Below, piece after piece: positions 57,508 through 64,000 of a stretch of DNA of 64,000 bases (position 1 is the stretch's first letter; each line of letters starts with the position of its first letter). The DNA is taken from the NCBI RefSeq assembly GCF_009914755.1, contig NC_060931.1. One strand, written 5' to 3'. The DNA is from the human T2T-CHM13v2.0 reference genome, Homo sapiens. The translations under genes were made by a program, and so were the position numbers. Under the pieces are notes generated by a model. That model searched no databases, was not told where the DNA came from, and saw nothing but the letters and a program-made list of their open reading frames with translations.

Positions 57508-57576
57508 CGTATTGTAGCTACAATAGACGTATTGTAGCTAGACGTATTCTAGACGTATTGTAGCTACAATACGTCT
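57508..57576. repeat. Iterated GACGTATTGTAGCTA unit ending in a perfect 26-bp palindrome
   Basis: agacgtattgtagctacaatacgtct (57551-57576) equals its own reverse complement; tattgtagctacaata (57510-57525) is also palindromic. Confidence 0.95.
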
Positions 57577-57594
57577 CTTTTTAGACTAGTTCTC

Positions 57595-57652
57595 TACACA
57601 GCACACACACACACATACACACACATGTACATACTCACACAAATGCACATAC
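57595..57652. repeat. Imperfect (CA)n microsatellite
   Basis: Visible directly. Confidence 0.85.
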
Positions 57653-59500
57653 AGAATAGATTGGAGCCCAACTCAGTATGGCTTGTTGAGTTGACACCAG
57701 TGGTAACAGTAAGTATGGATTCTCCAAGAGCTGAAGCAGCTGTGACAATCTTGGACAAATGTAGGCTGTTTGCCACAGTATGGGTGGGCTACACCATCAG
57801 CGCTGCCATTAGAATACAGATAAACATTGGCCCCAGTTTCCAGATAATTAGGCTTTCTGACTCCAGCTCACAAGCATTTTTAGTTAGTTCTCATAAATGC
57901 AGGTATATGTGCATAAACTGATGTACAGAACTTCTTTTTGAGGTTTTCTGACGTCACTTATCCAAGTTTTGCAGTTGTATGCGAAGACTATTTAATAGAC
58001 AAGCATAAGTAGTTTATAGCGGCTCTTTTGGCCCTTGTAAATATCTTTCTCTCAAAGTAAACTAGCATTTTTTAAATTTTTTTCTCACTTTGGCACATTT
58101 TCTCAGCTTAAAGTTAGTATTTTAGATTTAAGACATAGAGCTTCTGTAAAGCATAATTTTTTTCACAATTTCTAGTATTCTCTAAGTTTGAAATTAAATT
58201 ACCCACTAGAATTTCAACAGATAGAAGCCTGGAGCCGCCAGTTTGAAATAATGGTGTGCCTTTGTGAACACAATCACTTTTTAAACATCTCTGGTACAGA
58301 ACAAGTAAACCAAGCAGCAGACTTATTATTAGACATAATAGCAGACGTTCAGGAGAATAGAGAGATGTCCTTGGTGTTTTGTAATTCATCTGACTTGCTT
58401 TTTCTTAAAAGCAAAGCCATTGGCTTTATACTATTTTAATATGTCATCTTAGGAGTTTGCAGGCCTGTGTTTAGCACATGTAGAACATAAACACAGCAGA
58501 GATTAATACCAGAACAATTTAAGAAGTTCAGAGGAGGAAATCTTACTTGAAATTCACTGAATCTATTTGAAGGGAACATATTTGCAATCAATTCCCAAGG
58601 AAAGGTGAAGCAGTGGCTAGATCAGCATTGTTTAATGGTCATTTCTCTCATAGATGACTCTCACAAATTTTAAATTAAAAGAAAAATGGTTTGTAACTGA
58701 GCAGGTATCACTAGCAACTTTCCAGAAAACTTAGTTGTCCAACGTTTTTCATTGACTTTTCTTATATTAGAAAATGAAATGTCAGATGCTATTAATTGCA
58801 TTTTTACAATAAGTAGCTACATCAGGAGTAATGGCTAAACGAAAGTACTTCCTGTCTAATGCACAATAGATATATTCATTTAAATGTATTCAATTTAGAT
58901 GAATGCAATATGTCTATATTCATTACAGTTATACCTACCTGTGGGCTGAATTGATGAGGTGGTAATTACTACCTTTATAAATGGAACAGCATTGTGAGTC
59001 TGGAGGAAGAAAACTCATTTTCTTATCATGTTTCACACACCCACACAGTAGACACATTCCAAAATCTTTCTTCCAATCATAAAGATTTTACCCTTGAATT
59101 TCCAGTGGACCTAATGATTGTAAACATGATCACTCAGTAGGTCCTGCTTTTCCGGAGGGTTGCAAAGGGTTGGTCTCATGGGATATGATGGAGGGGAACT
59201 GAGAGTCTCAAAATCTCTTCATGCAAAGTAAGTCTCATGTTTGTTATTCTGCATGCCTGCAGTGCAGCTGTAGTCATCATGTGGCATGGATTTGATTATT
59301 CTTATACCATACATTGTTTTCTGAGTTCAATGAAGGTAGGACTATTAAAATGTGACTTTGTTGAATACTTTTATTTTTAGAACACTGTTCTAAAAATATA
59401 GTCTGCTAATTAGAAAAAGCAAGTACACATAGTTCCTATACACTCTGCCCAACCCTAAATAGTTTCTCTTATTATTATTTGGCATTGTGTGGTGAGTTAG

Positions 59501-62166
59501 TGTATTAGACTGTTCTTATGCTGCTAACAAAGACATACCCAAGACTGGATGATTTATAAAGGAAAGAGGCTTAATTGACTCACAGGTCCACATGGCTGGG
59601 GAGACCTCACAATCATGACGAAAGGCGAATGAGGAGCAAGGTCATGTCTTACATGGCAGCAGGCAAGAGCGCATGTGCAGGAGAACTCCCATTTATAAAA
59701 CCATCTGATCTCATAATTTATATTCACTATCACGAGAACAGCACAGGAAAAACCTACCCTCCATGATTCAATCACCTCCCACCAGGTCCCTCCAATGACA
59801 CATGGGGATTATTATAATTCAAGGTGAGATTTGGGTGGGGACACAGAGCCAAACTATATCATTCTGCCCCTGGTTCCTCCCAAATCTCATGTCCTCACAT
59901 TTCAAAACCAATTATGCCTTCCACTGCCCCTCAAAGTCTTAACTCATTCCAGCATTAACCCAAAAGTTCAAATCCAAAGTCTCATCTGAGAAAAGGCAAG
60001 TCCCTTTCACCTATGATCCTGTAAAATCAAAAGCAACTTAGTTACTTCCTAGATACAAAGTGGGTACAGGCAATGGTTAAATACATTCATTCCAAATGGG
60101 AGAAATTGGAGAAAACAAAGGGGGTTTAGGCCCCATGCAAGTCCAAAATCCAGTGGGGCTGTCAAATCTTAAAGCTCCAAAATGATCTCCTTTGACCTCA
60201 TGTCTCACATCCAGGTCACAGTGATGCCAAAGGTGGGTTCCCATGATCTTGGGCAGCTCCTTCCCTGTGACTTTGCAGGGTACATTCCCCCTCCTGGCTG
60301 TTTTCATGGGCAGACATTGAGTGTCTGCAGCTTTTCCAGGCACACAGTGCAAGCTGTTGGTGGATCTACTATTCTGGGGTCTGGAGGATGGTGGCCCTCT
60401 TCTCACAGCTCCACTAGGCAGTTTCCCAGTGGGGATTCTATGTGGGGGGCTCAAATCCCACATTTCCCTTCTTCATTGCCCTAGCAGAGGTTCTCCACAA
60501 GGCCCCACCCCTGCAGCAAACTTCTACCTGGACATACAGGCATTTCCATACATCCTCTGAAATCTAGGCGGAGGTTCCCAAATCTCAATTCTTGACTTCT
60601 GTGCATCTGCAGGCTTAATACCACGTGGAAGCTGCCAAGGCTTGGGGCTTACACCCTCTAAAGCCATGACCTGAGCTGTACTTTGTCCACTTTTAGCCAT
60701 GGCTGGAGCAGCTGGGACACAAGACACCAAGTCCCAAGACTGCACACTGGAAGAGGGGCTTGGGCCCGGCCCATAAAACCATTTTTCCCTCCTAGGTCTT
60801 TGGGCCTGTGATGAGAGGGGCTGCCATGAAGGTATCTGACATGCCCTGGAGAGGTTTTTCCCATGGCTTGGCGATTAACATTTTGCATCTCATTACTTAT
60901 GCAAATTTCTGCAGCCAGCTTGAATTTCTTCCCAGAAAATGGGGTTTTATTTTCTATTGAATTATCAGGCTGCAAATTTTCTGAACTTTTATGCTTTGCT
61001 TCCCTTGTAAACATAAGCTCCATTTCCAAACTATGTATTTGTGAATACATAAAACTGAATGCTGGCCAGGCACGGTGGCTCATGCCTGTAATCCCAACGC
61101 TTTGGGAGGCCGAGGAGAGTGGATCACCTGAGGTCAGGAGTTCGAGACCAGCCTGGCCAATGTGGTGAAACCCTGTCTCTACTAAAAATACAAAAATTAG
61201 TCAGGCATGGTGGCTGGTGCCTGTGATCCTAGCTACTCAGGAGGCTGAGGCAGGAGAATTGCTTGAACCCAGGAGGTGGAAGTTGCAGTGAGCTGAGATC
61301 ACGCCATTGCACTCCAGCCTGGGTCACAAGAACAAAACTCCATCTCAAAAAACAAAACAAAAAACAAACAAACCCACAAAAATGAATACTTTTAACAGCA
61401 CCCAAGTCAGCTTTTGAATGGGTTGCTGCTTAGAAATTTCTTCTGCCAGATGCCCTAAATCATCTCTCTCAAGTTCAAAGTTTCACAAATCCCTATGGCA
61501 GGAGCAAAGTGCTGCCAGTCTCTTTGCTAAAACATAACAAGAGTCACCATTGCTCCAGTTCCCAATGAGTTCCTCATCTCCATCTGAGACCCTCAGCCTG
61601 GGCTTTATTGTCCATGTTGCTGTCAGCATTTTGGTCAAAGCCATTCAACAAGTCTCTAGAAAGTTCCATACTTTCCCATATTTTCCTGTTTTCTTCTGAG
61701 CCCTCCAAATTATTTGAACTTCTGCCTGTTACCCAGTTCCAAAGTGGCCTCCACATTTTTGGGTATCTTTACAGCAGCACCCCACTCTACTAGTACCAGT
61801 TTACTGTATTAGTCTGCTATCATGCTGCTAATAAAGACATACCTAAGACTGGGTAATTTACAGAGGAAAGCAGTTTAATTGACTCACAGTTCCACATGGC
61901 TGGGGAGGCCTCACAATCATGACAGGAGGTTAATGAGGAGCAAGGTCACATCTCACATGCCTGCAGGCAAGAGGGCATGTTCAGGGGAACTCCCTTTTAT
62001 AAAACCATCAGATCTCATGAGACTTATTCACTATCATGAGAACAGCACAGGAAAAAACCCACCCCCAGTGACTTGATTACTTCCCACTGAGTCCCTCCCA
62101 TGATACATGGGGATTATTACAATTCAAGGTGAGATTTGGGTGGGGACATAGAGCCAAACAATATCA
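59501..62166 (-). mobile_element. Full-length THE1 (THE1C-like) MaLR retrotransposon: 3' LTR 59501-59861, internal 59862-61804, 5' LTR 61805-62166
   Basis: Two ~361-bp LTRs (tgtattag..ccaaac.atatca); perfect 5-bp TSD gttag (59496-59500, 62167-62171); polypurine tract GGGAGGAACCAGGGGCAGAA next to the 3' LTR. Confidence 0.95.
61064..61377 (+). mobile_element. AluSq-like inserted in THE1 internal region
   Basis: Full dimer; TSD aaaactgaatgct (61051-61063)/aaaaatgaatact (61378-61390). Confidence 0.93.
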
Positions 62167-62558
62167 GTTAGTATATTGTAGTTGATGAACCCGTATTTAT
62201 ACATTATTATTAGCAAAATCTACAGTTTACATTAAGACTCAGTCTTTGTGTTTTACAGTTATATGAGTTTTTATACCACCATATATATTTCAGGAATTCC
62301 AGTTCTCTCCCCTTTAGCATATTAAATAACTGGATAAAAATAAATCAATCAATCAGTCAAATGTATTCGTTCTTTCAGTCACTACATTTATTAATTCATG
62401 TATTCTTTAATAGACATTTGGTAAACATAAACTCTAGGTCAAGAATTCACTGTAATTTAATTGCTTCAAGCGTTTTCCCGACTCAGGCTTAATATGCATA
62501 TTTTTTAGTCACTCTTTTTCCTTCCTCACTCAAGGATATTGTCTGATTTTACTGGTGA

Positions 62559-63012
<454 letters not shown>

Positions 63013-63324
63013 CTACAGCCTTTATAAACTTGTGCAATGTAGCATCTGTATCTGATCATTAAGAAATCTGGAAATTATATCTTCCCTCTTTTTCCTTCCA
63101 TTAGACAGATAAGCATGATTAAGCGATTAAGCAATAAAGCAGTAGCTGCTGTTATGATTATCTTTGGATTCACCTGCACTTCCTTATTTCCTTTCTAACT
63201 TGTTTTTCTGGTGGAGGAACTGTATATTAATTCATGCTGAGGAAGATGAAATTGGTGGTGGCCAACGTTGATAACTGTGGTCCTAACAGAAATGCATGTG
63301 TTCCTAAAAAATAATCCCTGTTTA

Positions 63325-63652
<328 letters not shown>

Positions 63653-64000
63653 TCAGTTAAGAAACATCTCCAAAATAGGCAATTATTTAAGCAAACTTTA
63701 AATATTTAATTGTTTCTTCATGTACAGAAATGTAGTCAACAGTCTGGCATCCTGCCTGTAAGTCAGAAATTTGTCATTCTTTCCAAATTAGAAACAATGC
63801 TGAGTTGTCCCTAGGGAACGCCACCGAGAGACAATTTCACATGTTTAATGTGCTTTTATTTATCTTTTAATGTGGGCATCTTTGATGAATCATTAATAGG
63901 AGGAGAAAAAAATCCCTTTCAAAACTAGTTAGTGGCTGACATCACACCTTACCTGGGCATTGATGGAAAAGTCAAATTTTGTTTATGTCTCATTCCAAGT

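Larger units (their letters stand above)
59368..62270 (-). mobile_element. L1MC1/2-type 3' fragment split by THE1 (59368-59500 and 62172-62270)
   Basis: aagtacacatagttcctatac..tttctcttattatta..gcattgtgtggt | ttgatgaacccgtatttatacattattatt..cagtttacattaagactc. Confidence 0.7.

Noticed and set aside
57508-57576. CRISPR-like or prokaryotic repeat array
   Set aside because: No unique spacers, no cas genes, and the context is primate repeats.
60077-61083. 128- and 141-aa ORFs
   Set aside because: Decayed THE1 internal (MaLR) sequence, partly Alu-derived; no intact gene.

Overview
This is AT-rich, CpG-poor primate genomic DNA, most likely human/hominid since it carries AluY, an L1PA2-type L1, HERV-W LTR17 and THE1. 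It looks like deep intronic or intergenic sequence. I find no supportable host protein-coding exon, tRNA, rRNA or CRISPR array; every ORF in the track that I can assign comes from a transposon or simple repeat. Much of the window is nested mobile DNA: about 10 Alus plus a FLAM; an apparently full-length ~7.9 kb L1MA inside an L1ME; a twin-primed L1PA3/4 inside an older L1PA13-16; a 5'-truncated L1PA2; a near full-length Tigger1 carrying an ERV1 LTR and an Alu; Tigger2b, MER1A and MER44; a solo HERV-W LTR; a complete THE1; and MIR/L2 relics. The most unusual structures are: (1) a 205-bp ~97%-identical inverted duplication of unique DNA (17689-17893 vs 19109-19313), flanked by a direct repeat and abutting an L1PA2 with an apparent 43-nt 3' transduction; (2) a 69-bp CpG-rich iterated/palindromic insert at 57508-57576; (3) several small fold-back templated-insertion scars; (4) Alu tails converted into long GAA/TTC and CTTT tracts. 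I do not see evidence of a new gene system; the novelty candidates are structural and mutational. Subfamily names come from recalled diagnostic motifs, not from a RepeatMasker/Dfam run.
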